Assembly (NCBI GenBank): GCA_022560555.1
Contig: JADFSZ010000065.1
Location: 1-8,802 of the forward strand
Length of the DNA: 8,802 bases
Origin: PVC group bacterium
GTDB lineage: Bacteria; GCA-001730085; JADFSZ01
Reading direction: 5' to 3'
Positions 1 to 6,656 of the stretch are shown here, piece by piece. A program made the position numbers and the translations under genes. The notes under the pieces are model-generated. The model was given only the letters and a program-made list of their open reading frames with translations. It searched no databases and was not told where the DNA came from. The stretch's first letter is position 1. Every line of letters begins with the position of its first letter.

Positions 1-167
1 AAAACGTTCTCGGTAGAATCGTTCAAGTCTTGTACTTCATGATCCATCCTATCAACAGATACCATACTTTGAGGTGAATCATCCGCAAGCACCTCAGCAC
101 TCAGGATAGATCCCCGGAGCAAAATAAAAAAACAAGCGACATAGATAATATGGCAAATTCTTCTCAT
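1..167 (-). CDS. 5' end of a hypothetical exported or membrane-anchored protein (partial, continues past the window start)
   Basis: ATG at 167..165 on the minus strand, with 55 codons open to the window edge (hand translation: MRRICHIIYVACFFILLRGSILSAEVLADDSPQSMVSVDRMDHEVQDLNDSTENV). The N-terminus has a basic n-region, a hydrophobic core and a small-residue SA-E site, like a Sec signal peptide or N-terminal anchor. There is no clear SD, the ORF is too short for the ORF track, and I recognise no family. Confidence 0.35.
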   Translation of the reverse strand, partial: MRRICHIIYVACFFILLRGSILSAEVLADDSPQSMVSVDRMDHEVQDLNDSTENV

Positions 168-206
168 AAGCTTAAGTAGCGTTCGCACTGGAAAGAGGGA
201 AATGTT

Positions 207-235
207 TTGATCTCGCTCCTAAAAAGCTGTATTAT
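207..235 (+). promoter_or_regulatory. candidate sigma70-type promoter reading toward the histidine kinase
   Basis: TTGATC (207..212), a 17-nt spacer, then TATTAT (230..235). The predicted TSS near 242 gives a leader of about 100 nt that contains the 17-bp repeat array. Confidence 0.4.
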
Positions 236-259
236 ATGAAAGTGGCTGCACATCTACAA
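231..259 (-). promoter_or_regulatory. candidate sigma70-type promoter reading toward the partial minus-strand ORF at 1..167
   Basis: On the minus strand: TTGTAG (259..254), a 17-nt spacer, then a perfect TATAAT (236..231). This -10 element overlaps the plus-strand -10 (230..235) almost base for base. Confidence 0.35.
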
Positions 260-262
260 TAG

Positions 263-327
263 TTTTATTAAAAAATCCGTTTTATTGAAAAATCCGTTTT
301 ATTGAAAAACCTGCTTTATTGAAGCAC
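263..327. repeat. 17-bp head-to-tail tandem direct repeat, about 3.7 units
   Basis: Units: 263-279 TTTTATTAAAAAATCCG; 280-296 TTTTATTGAAAAATCCG; 297-314 TTTTATTGAAAAACCTGC; 315-327 TTTATTGAAGCAC (decayed). Read directly from the sequence. Confidence 0.9.
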
Positions 328-344
328 ATGCAAGCGCTAAAACC

Positions 345-1373
345 GTGAATCAAAAAATCACAAAAATCAATCATTCTAAAGGATATCGTGATAACCTGTT
401 TCTAGCTTTCCCTATCTTTTTACTCGTGATGGTTCTGTCCGTTGCCGTTTTTTTCATCATCACAAACACAAACACTCAGGGGATGATCCTGGCATCCTTC
501 ACTTTGCTCGTTGGATGCATCTTGCTTTTGTTTACTCTCACTGTGACGATTTTAAGACAAAAAAAACGACCTTCAGCCCCCCTCGTGGATGAACCGCAAG
601 ACACCGATTCTAACGATCAAAAAGCCATTGAAGACAAAATATTCGAAAACATATCCCATGAGCTAAGAACCCCTCTCGTATCCATTCGAGGATACACAAA
701 CATGCTTCTCGCTCAAAAACTCGGACCTTTAACAGAGGCTCAGTCAAAGTGTCTTGAAACCTGCCAGAAAGGCATTGATCATCTGACCCGTATGATCACA
801 CAGTTGATCGATCTCGCGCGAATGAAAGCAGGCGACGAAGCCCTTCAAATTGAATCCGTTCATTTGCCCAAATTGATTCATGCGGCAATCCAAGGCATTT
901 CACCGGACCTGAACGCTCAACACATTAAACTCACAAAAAACATCAAGTTGGATTTTCCGATGCTTGAAGGTGATGCCCGAAAATTGAGCACACTTTTGTA
1001 TGAGTTATTAAACAACGCCATCAAACACAATATCCCGTCCGGAGAAATCACGATTAATGTAATGGACAGTCCCGCTCAGGTTACGATCGAAATCGTCAAT
1101 ACCTGCCTTGGGGTTGATCCCGAACATTTTTCAAAGTTATTTAAGCCGTTTTATCAAGATCCAAAAAAAAGCTCGTCCCAACAACCCGGACTCGGCCTTG
1201 GGCTTACTTTGGCAAAAGAAATTATTCATCTTCACCATGGTCATATTCACGCGAAAGTGGAATCAAACTCAAAAGTGACACTTTCCTTCACCCTGCCCAA
1301 AAATCTTTCTGTTCTTATCCAAAAGAACACGGCCGCGTTAGGTCAAGCTTCAAAAAACACCTCTCCGGCATGA
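345..1373 (+). CDS. membrane-bound sensor histidine kinase (HisKA + HATPase_c) with a minimal sensor region and no adjacent response regulator
   Basis: 342-aa ORF. GTG at 345 is the first canonical in-frame start after the stop at 303..305, and it has no SD. Two N-terminal TM helices (LFLAFPIFLLVMVLSVAVFFIIT and ILASFTLLVGCILLLFTLTVTIL) are separated by about 7 residues. I recognise no HAMP or PAS domain. H-box FENISHELRTPLVSIRGY (His105, nt 657..659); N-box LLYELLNNAIKHN; G2 box GLGLGLTLAKEI; F-box-like FKPFYQ. The G1 box is degenerate: NTCLG at nt 1098..1112 instead of DxGxG. Confidence 0.9.
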   Translation: MNQKITKINHSKGYRDNLFLAFPIFLLVMVLSVAVFFIITNTNTQGMILASFTLLVGCILLLFTLTVTILRQKKRPSAPLVDEPQDTDSNDQKAIEDKIFENISHELRTPLVSIRGYTNMLLAQKLGPLTEAQSKCLETCQKGIDHLTRMITQLIDLARMKAGDEALQIESVHLPKLIHAAIQGISPDLNAQHIKLTKNIKLDFPMLEGDARKLSTLLYELLNNAIKHNIPSGEITINVMDSPAQVTIEIVNTCLGVDPEHFSKLFKPFYQDPKKSSSQQPGLGLGLTLAKEIIHLHHGHIHAKVESNSKVTLSFTLPKNLSVLIQKNTAALGQASKNTSPA

Positions 1374-2110
1374 ACAATTTCACGCGCCCCGTTTCTGGCC
1401 TCAATAACAAGTCCTCCGTCATCACGCAAAGTCACCGGCTTTCCCATAATACATCTTTTCCCGATCACAATTTTTATTTCTTTGCGCTCTAAAACAATAT
1501 TGTCCTTCCACTCTTTGATAACTCTTTGTCTATCTCCGCTTGAGATAAAATGGCAGTAGGATGAGAATATTTCCAAAAGTTTTTGAAGAACTTCTTTTCG
1601 ATCCGGTTTAGGCGCATTGTTCAGAAGGCGGTGCATATCCGTCATTTTCATTTTTAAATAATCAGGAGTCGAATCTTCGGAAAAATTCACATTGAGTCCG
1701 ATCCCAACTATCAGAAATTTTTCATCATGTTGTTTTGAATGAACTTCTAACAATACCCCCCCAATCTTTTTTTTCATTACATAGACATCGTTCGGCCATC
1801 TCAACTGAGCCCGAATCCCGTAAAATTCTAATAAACGAACAACAGTGAGCGACGCCGCCTGTGTGTACAACAGAACATCCTTCTTGTTTTCCAGCTTAAT
1901 AATAATCGAACACCACACGCCCCCGTCTCTGGGCGAAATCCACTTACGGTTCACTCTTCCGCGTCCGTGGGTTTGTTCATCAGCCACCACGACAATCCCA
2001 TGAGCTTTGTGTTCTCGAAGCATAATTTCAACGGCTTTAGTGTTTGTGCTGGTCACACTATCAAACCAAAGCACTTTTTTGCCGATTTTATACGGATGGA
2101 GTTGTTTCAT
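1343..2110 (-). CDS. birA: biotin--[acetyl-CoA-carboxylase] ligase, class I (no N-terminal HTH repressor domain)
   Basis: 255-aa ORF. The ATG at 2110..2108 overlaps the upstream stop (ATGA). Biotin protein ligase signature QTHGRGRVNRKWISP (GRGRxxRxW), FDSVTSTNT motif near the N-terminus, and a C-terminal tail HAGEVFFEA typical of the BirA C-terminal domain. The protein starts directly with the catalytic domain. Confidence 0.9.
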   Translation of the reverse strand: MKQLHPYKIGKKVLWFDSVTSTNTKAVEIMLREHKAHGIVVVADEQTHGRGRVNRKWISPRDGGVWCSIIIKLENKKDVLLYTQAASLTVVRLLEFYGIRAQLRWPNDVYVMKKKIGGVLLEVHSKQHDEKFLIVGIGLNVNFSEDSTPDYLKMKMTDMHRLLNNAPKPDRKEVLQKLLEIFSSYCHFISSGDRQRVIKEWKDNIVLERKEIKIVIGKRCIMGKPVTLRDDGGLVIEARNGAREIVHAGEVFFEA

Positions 2111-2301
2111 GCGGAGTCAGATAATTCCAGAAGCTTCCCGCCCACAGCCCAGTTTTGCCCGGGCACTTCGTCAAAAACAATATACGTATCTTTGGGTGGT
2201 TTGCCTGCATGTTTTTCCAAGGAATCTGTTATGTCCTGAGAAATTCTTTCTTTTTGATCCCGGGATAACGCGCCTTTCACTTTAACATTAACGTACGGCA
2301 T
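2107..2301 (-). CDS. 4-oxalocrotonate tautomerase family protein
   Basis: 64 aa. Met-Pro N-terminus (catalytic Pro1 after Met removal). MPYVNVKV...SRDQKERISQDITDSLEKHAGKPPKDTYIVFDEV...NWAVGG matches the 4-OT beta-alpha-beta monomer pattern. Strong SD AAGGAGGAG (2314..2306, minus) 4 nt upstream of the ATG. Confidence 0.85.
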   Translation of the reverse strand: MPYVNVKVKGALSRDQKERISQDITDSLEKHAGKPPKDTYIVFDEVPGQNWAVGGKLLELSDSA

Positions 2302-2314
2302 AAAGCTCCTCCTT

Positions 2315-3001
2315 TTATCTTTTATCGAGATCGAACGTGATGGTTGTATAAAATCTTAAAACTTTCAATGATAAATCATCCGGAAAAGCATCATAGGGGG
2401 CCGCTTTTCGTATAGCTTCCAACGCGGCCAGGTCCAACTCCAAGCGATCCGAAGCTAAAAATATTTCACTGTACTCTAATTTCCCCGTGCGATCAATCGA
2501 CAGGGCCACCACAACTTGGCCTTCCTGTCCCAGCAAACGGGCCAGTCGGGGAAACCTGACAAACCGGCCGATTTTTTCCACACAATGATTTTTGTACTCT
2601 TTTATCAGCTTTTCCTGAAGATCGATGGATCTAACAATATCATCTTCTGAGATATCTTTTGTAAAATCTTCTTCGGCAAGTTTTCTGACAATAGCTTCAA
2701 GACTTTTTCGGAATGCCTCAGGATGGCGTCCTAAATATTGGACCGCTTCTTCAACCTTGATGCGGCGTTGCTCATGAGTTTCTTTCCGAGGGTCCTCTTG
2801 ATCGCGCTTGGGAGCGATAACATCCATATCCTTTGCGCTCACATCCTCAACTTTCCGAAAATCTCCGAATTCCATCAACAGCCCTTTGGACAATGCTGAA
2901 TCCATGCGGTGTCCTAACGGGAGCCCCATGATAAAAACATGAAATAAAGCCGACAAGAATATGAATGAAACGAATAATATATGGCTTTCTCTTGTGACCA
3001 T
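2315..3001 (-). CDS. tonB: TonB-family energy transducer (TonB C-terminal domain protein, atypical linker)
   Basis: 228 aa. N-terminal TM helix carries the SxxxH motif (LSALFHV) shared by TonB and TolA. C-terminal segment FPRLARLLGQEGQVVVALSIDRTGKL...LELDLAALEAIRKAAPYDAFP resembles the TonB_C fold signature. The central region is charged and probably helical rather than Pro-rich. The start lies 1 nt after the exbD stop, directly downstream of exbB-exbD. Confidence 0.7.
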   Translation of the reverse strand: MVTRESHILFVSFIFLSALFHVFIMGLPLGHRMDSALSKGLLMEFGDFRKVEDVSAKDMDVIAPKRDQEDPRKETHEQRRIKVEEAVQYLGRHPEAFRKSLEAIVRKLAEEDFTKDISEDDIVRSIDLQEKLIKEYKNHCVEKIGRFVRFPRLARLLGQEGQVVVALSIDRTGKLEYSEIFLASDRLELDLAALEAIRKAAPYDAFPDDLSLKVLRFYTTITFDLDKR

Positions 3002-3002
3002 A

Positions 3003-3404
3003 TTAAAGAGCTTGGGTTCTTAACACAACACCGCTGAATCCTGATTTTTTAATCGTCTCTAACACCCGGCACACATCTTCATACAGCAGCTTCCGCTCGG
3101 CATGAAAAAGAACTTTTTGATCCTTTTTCTCTTGCGCCTTCTTTTTAAGATAAGCGGGCAAATCACCTAATGAGATTTTCTTCTGATTGACATAGATGGA
3201 TTTGTCCCCGGTAACATAAATCTCCAATGGGGATTCAACATAAGTTTGAGTCGTATAACGAACACGGGGAAGACGGATGGATATCCCTTGCTTCCAGGCA
3301 GAACTTGATGTCAAAAGAAAAAATATCAAGAGCAAAAAAACCACATCAATCAGAGGAGCCAAATTGATGCGGCGCATCACTGTCCTACGCCCCTTAAACT
3401 CCAT
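3003..3404 (-). CDS. exbD: biopolymer transport protein ExbD/TolR
   Basis: Signature INLAPLIDVVFLLLIFFLL (TM helix with the conserved Asp) followed by a periplasmic domain. The ORF track starts at GTG 3422. I prefer ATG 3404..3402 (MEFKGRRTVMRRINLAPL...), which has GGAG 9 nt upstream and cuts the overlap with exbB from 29 nt to 11 nt. Either start keeps the same frame. Confidence 0.88.
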   Translation of the reverse strand: MEFKGRRTVMRRINLAPLIDVVFLLLIFFLLTSSSAWKQGISIRLPRVRYTTQTYVESPLEIYVTGDKSIYVNQKKISLGDLPAYLKKKAQEKKDQKVLFHAERKLLYEDVCRVLETIKKSGFSGVVLRTQAL

Positions 3405-4062
3405 AATCCATGTCTCCGGCACGTTCCTCAGTCATGACATTGATGTTCCGAGAGCCAAAATGCCGCCCCAAGATATCCTCGAGATAAAGACGGGTGTTAA
3501 ACATAATCGTATCAATTTTTCCCGAAAGAATATGATAGGCCATCAAAATAGGAATAGCCACAATCAGGCCGGCCGCTGTGGTGACCAGCGCCTCCCAGAT
3601 CCCGCCGGCCAGTTGAGAGGGATTGACATCGCCGGACATCTGATAAATTTTCATAAAAGCTTTAATCATTCCTAAAACCGTTCCCAATAATCCCATAAGC
3701 GGCGTAATCGCCCCCATCATTCCCAATGAGGGGAGAAATCTTTGAAGAAGTCTCATTTCCCGGGACCCCTCAACAGACACTTTTCTTGCTAAAATGTCTC
3801 CGGCAATCCATCCGTCTTTAAATACATTGCGGAGGATATACCCTAAGGGATGGTTGACGTTTTGACATCGATTTTTGATTTCTTCAAAATTTTGGTTTTC
3901 GGAGGCTTTGATAAGAGCCTGCAGTGTTTCCGGATCAAGTGTTTTAATCTTCGAAAGAACATAGATCCGCTCAAAAATCATTCCTAAGGCTATGACGGAA
4001 ACCATGAGGATCGGAACCATCGTGACTCCGCCGCTCACAATAAAATCTTTAATCGTCTCCAT
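3394..4062 (-). CDS. exbB: MotA/TolQ/ExbB proton-channel family protein
   Basis: 222 aa. N-terminal TM, then a cytoplasmic loop, then the conserved C-terminal TM pair MGAITPLMGLLGTVLGMIKAF ... GGIWEALVTTAAGLIVAIPILMAY, typical of ExbB/TolQ. SD-like AGGGGAAG upstream of the ATG at 4062. Confidence 0.9.
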   Translation of the reverse strand: METIKDFIVSGGVTMVPILMVSVIALGMIFERIYVLSKIKTLDPETLQALIKASENQNFEEIKNRCQNVNHPLGYILRNVFKDGWIAGDILARKVSVEGSREMRLLQRFLPSLGMMGAITPLMGLLGTVLGMIKAFMKIYQMSGDVNPSQLAGGIWEALVTTAAGLIVAIPILMAYHILSGKIDTIMFNTRLYLEDILGRHFGSRNINVMTEERAGDMDYGV

Positions 4063-4097
4063 GAAAAACTTCCCCTTTCATAAAACCCATGAGGACC

Positions 4098-4712
4098 CTA
4101 CGAAGTCAAAACTCGTCGGCCTTGAATATGAATTTTTTTATTTGCGATCAATCTGATCGCTTCAGAATAAATCCGATGCTCTTCGTTTAATATTCTAATT
4201 GACAATGTCTCTTCGGTGTCATCGTCTTTGACGGGCACGGCGGCCTGAATGATAATGGGGCCTGTATCTGTTCCTTCATCCACAAAATGAACCGTACAAC
4301 CCGAAAATTTCACGCCATAATTCATGGCTTTTTTCTGAACATTTAAGCCGGGAAATGACGGCAAAAGCGCGGGATGAATATTGATAATCCGCAAGGGAAA
4401 GGCTTTCAAAAGAGCTTCTTTGACGATACGCATATAGCCCGCCAAACAAACAAGCTCGACTTGATGTTCTTCGAGACATTCAACGATACGCCTCTCAATA
4501 TCGGGCTCCGTCTTCGTTTTAGCGGCTCCGCCGGAGATAGTGAATGCCGGAATATTTTCGTCCCGGGCGCGCACAAGGGCTCCCGCGTTCTCAACGTCAC
4601 TAATCACGCATGTAATCTCGGCATCCAACAACCCTTGTTGAATCTGATCTATGACCGCTTGGAGATTTGATCCACGCCCCGAAGCTAAGAAGCCTAATCG
4701 AATTTTTGCCAT
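4098..4712 (-). CDS. purN: phosphoribosylglycinamide formyltransferase
   Basis: 204 aa. ASGRGSNLQAVID N-terminal motif. INIHPALLPSFPG (catalytic Asn/His) and VHFVDEGTDTGPII (catalytic Asp) form the classical PurN formyltransferase signature. Confidence 0.93.
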   Translation of the reverse strand: MAKIRLGFLASGRGSNLQAVIDQIQQGLLDAEITCVISDVENAGALVRARDENIPAFTISGGAAKTKTEPDIERRIVECLEEHQVELVCLAGYMRIVKEALLKAFPLRIINIHPALLPSFPGLNVQKKAMNYGVKFSGCTVHFVDEGTDTGPIIIQAAVPVKDDDTEETLSIRILNEEHRIYSEAIRLIANKKIHIQGRRVLTS

Positions 4713-4739
4713 AAGGTTTATCTTTCGTTTAAGAAATAA

Positions 4740-5603
4740 TTAACGGCGTTGTAAGCGCTTTATTTCAGCTACGCATTCTTGAAAGGCTTCATTCCACCCG
4801 CGCAGGGGAACCCCCAACAACCGGCTTAATTTTGTATTGTCCATGACAGAATATTTGGGCCGTCTTGCTTTGGTCCGGTAATCTTCTGTTTTGATCCTTT
4901 GGATTTTTATGACGTTCGTTTTAAATTTTTCTTGAATGGCACAGGCAAAATCATACCAAGACAACGACCCGGTGTTGTTCGCATGATAAATTCCAAAGTC
5001 CTCTGGGTTTTTTTTAATAAGTTCTCTGATAATCCGGGCAAGGTCTCTAACATAAGTCGGCGAACCAATTTGATCATCCACAACCGACATATCTTGTCCT
5101 TTATCGATAGAAGACATCACTTTTTGAACAAAGTTCGTGCCCCTCGCCGCGTAAAGCCATCCTGCCCGTAAAATAAAGGCCCGATCGGAAACAGCCTGAA
5201 TTTTTTTCTCCCCTTCATATTTAGATTGTCCGTAAGCACTGATAGGGTCCGGAATATCCTGCTCCCGGTAAGGCGTATCCTTTTGACCGTCAAACACATA
5301 ATCCGTGCTGATATGAATCAATTTTATGGAATTCTCATGACAAATCCGCGCGAGATTCTCCACGGCCATAACATTAACTCTTCTCGCTTGATCAAATTCG
5401 CTTTCAGCTGTCTCAACATTTGTGTAAGCGGCGCAATTGATGAGCCAGTCCGGTTTCTCCCGCGTGATAAGGGCAGAGATATGATCAAATCGGCAGATAT
5501 CACACTGTTCGCGATTCAACGAGATAACTTCAAACTCACCCGTTAATTGGGAGGTAACGTCTTGGCCCAACATTCCCCTACCACCTGTAATAAGAATCTT
5601 CAC
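4740..5603 (-). CDS. rmlD: dTDP-4-dehydrorhamnose reductase
   Basis: 287 aa. GTG start at 5603..5601 with AGAAGG 6 nt upstream. Rossmann ILITGGRGMLG, STDYVFDG, and YGQSKYEGE (YxxxK) are typical of RmlD/RfbD. Confidence 0.9.
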   Translation of the reverse strand: MKILITGGRGMLGQDVTSQLTGEFEVISLNREQCDICRFDHISALITREKPDWLINCAAYTNVETAESEFDQARRVNVMAVENLARICHENSIKLIHISTDYVFDGQKDTPYREQDIPDPISAYGQSKYEGEKKIQAVSDRAFILRAGWLYAARGTNFVQKVMSSIDKGQDMSVVDDQIGSPTYVRDLARIIRELIKKNPEDFGIYHANNTGSLSWYDFACAIQEKFKTNVIKIQRIKTEDYRTKARRPKYSVMDNTKLSRLLGVPLRGWNEAFQECVAEIKRLQRR

Positions 5604-5645
5604 AACAAGCCTTCTAAGGCATCCTGTTCATGGACATGCAGGTGT

Positions 5646-6656
5646 TTACCTCTGATGGCCATACATCCGTTGGTAATACTCCTTGTATTCACCGCTCTTA
5701 ATCCTCTTCCACCACTCTTGATTGTCCCGGTACCAGGAAACGGTTTCGGCCAAACCTGTTTGAAAATCCTTTTTTGGATTCCATCCGAGGGCTTTCATTT
5801 TGTCAAAGTTTAAGGAGTACCTTCGATCATGTCCTAGTCGATCCTTCACGGGTTTGATATGTGTCGGATCAATTTCCAATTGCTGACAAATCATTTGAGC
5901 CACATCCCGATTTTCCAGCTCTTGGCCGGCGCCAATATTGTAGACTTCGCCGCTTTTGCCATATTTCAAAACAACATCCAAGGCATCAACATGATCTTCA
6001 ACATAGATCCAATCACGAATATTTTTTCCGTCACCGTAGAGCGGCAAATCCATCCCTTCGATCGCGTTTGTGATAAAAAGAGGGATAAGTTTTTCCGGAT
6101 ATTGATAGGGGCCGTAGTTGTTGGAGGCACGCGTGATAATAACATTGATTTGATATGTCGCAAAATACGAATAGGCCATTCTCTCGGCCCCGGCCTTGCT
6201 GGCCGAATAGGGGTTACGGGGCATAAGCGGGGATGATTCAGAAAAACTGCCTTCGTTTATACTTCCGTACACTTCGTCTGTGCTGATCTGGATAAACTTT
6301 TTAACCTCATACTTTCGTGCCGCTTCCAATAATACATAGGCGCCATACACATCCGTCATGATAAATTGCCCGGGAGATTCGATCGAGCGATCAACATGTG
6401 TTTCTGCCGCAAAATTAAAAATATTTTCGAATCGATATTCTTCAAACAGACGTTCAACTTGTTTGGTGTCGACAATATCTCCCCGGACAAAAGAAAAATT
6501 GCTTTTTTTCTCAATCTCGGACAAATTTTCTTTGCGGCCGGCATACGTCAGCTTATCCAAGACAACCCAATGTGTCTCGGGATAACGTCCGACCATCATC
6601 CGGGCAAAATTACTGCCGATAAATCCCGCTCCGCCTGTGATCAGACATGCTTTCAT
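5646..6656 (-). CDS. rmlB: dTDP-glucose 4,6-dehydratase
   Basis: CLITGGAGFIGSNF Rossmann motif, ISTDEVYG, PYSASKAGAE (YxxxK), and RDWIYVEDH. The ORF track starts at TTG 6701, adding 15 residues (MSYARQTSRKNSSKK) and a 49-nt overlap with rmlA. ATG 6656..6654 (MKACLITGG...) forms an ATGA overlap with the rmlA stop and gives the usual spacing to the glycine-rich loop. Confidence 0.92.
   Translation of the reverse strand: MKACLITGGAGFIGSNFARMMVGRYPETHWVVLDKLTYAGRKENLSEIEKKSNFSFVRGDIVDTKQVERLFEEYRFENIFNFAAETHVDRSIESPGQFIMTDVYGAYVLLEAARKYEVKKFIQISTDEVYGSINEGSFSESSPLMPRNPYSASKAGAERMAYSYFATYQINVIITRASNNYGPYQYPEKLIPLFITNAIEGMDLPLYGDGKNIRDWIYVEDHVDALDVVLKYGKSGEVYNIGAGQELENRDVAQMICQQLEIDPTHIKPVKDRLGHDRRYSLNFDKMKALGWNPKKDFQTGLAETVSWYRDNQEWWKRIKSGEYKEYYQRMYGHQR

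Noticed and set aside
14-33. tRNA-like fragments (GGTAGAAT D-loop-like and GTTCAAGTC T-loop-like) near the window start
   Set aside because: The two motifs are only a few nucleotides apart and the flanks cannot form T- or acceptor stems. The region is better explained as coding sequence of the minus-strand partial ORF.
263-327. Considered the tandem arrays (here and at 8696..8759) as CRISPR remnants or as plasmid/phage iteron origins
   Set aside because: The units are contiguous with no spacers and are only 16-17 bp, so they are not CRISPR. No rep, par, integrase or transposase gene, no DnaA boxes and no flanking inverted repeats are present. Both arrays sit in ordinary gene-start contexts.
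559-566. A8 homopolymer tracts inside coding regions (559..566 and 1163..1170 in the kinase, 8175..8182 in atpE) as possible phase-variation switches
   Set aside because: Runs of 8 A encoding Lys-Lys are expected in an AT-rich genome with Lys-rich proteins. All three ORFs are intact, and the genes are not typical contingency loci.
1321-1339. Hairpin AACGC-GGCC-GTGTT followed by CTTTT on the minus strand, just after the birA stop, as an intrinsic terminator
   Set aside because: The stem is only 5 bp including a G-U pair, the loop is 4 nt and the T-run is short. This is too weak to annotate as a terminator. It is mentioned only as the best candidate in the convergent overlap.
1967-2285. Plus-strand ORFs 1967..2239 and 2007..2285 (90 and 92 aa)
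   Set aside because: Both lie entirely antisense to the well-supported birA and tautomerase genes. They have no SD and low-complexity, Cys/Phe/Ser-rich translations typical of shadow ORFs.
3277-3675. Plus-strand ORF of 132 aa
   Set aside because: It is antisense to the exbD/exbB junction. I recognise no motifs. It is a shadow frame of strongly supported genes.
2315-4062. Interpreting exbB-exbD-tonB-like as the TolQ-TolR-TolA part of a Tol-Pal cluster
   Set aside because: No tolB, pal or cpoB follows, and the downstream genes are a tautomerase and birA. The C-terminal domain reads as TonB_C-like. The TolA alternative is kept only as a caveat.
4276-4670. Three small ORFs inside purN (4276..4479 -, 4406..4600 -, 4374..4670 +)
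   Set aside because: They are alternative or antisense frames of purN, which carries complete catalytic signatures. The Arg/Ser-rich translations are typical of off-frame reading.
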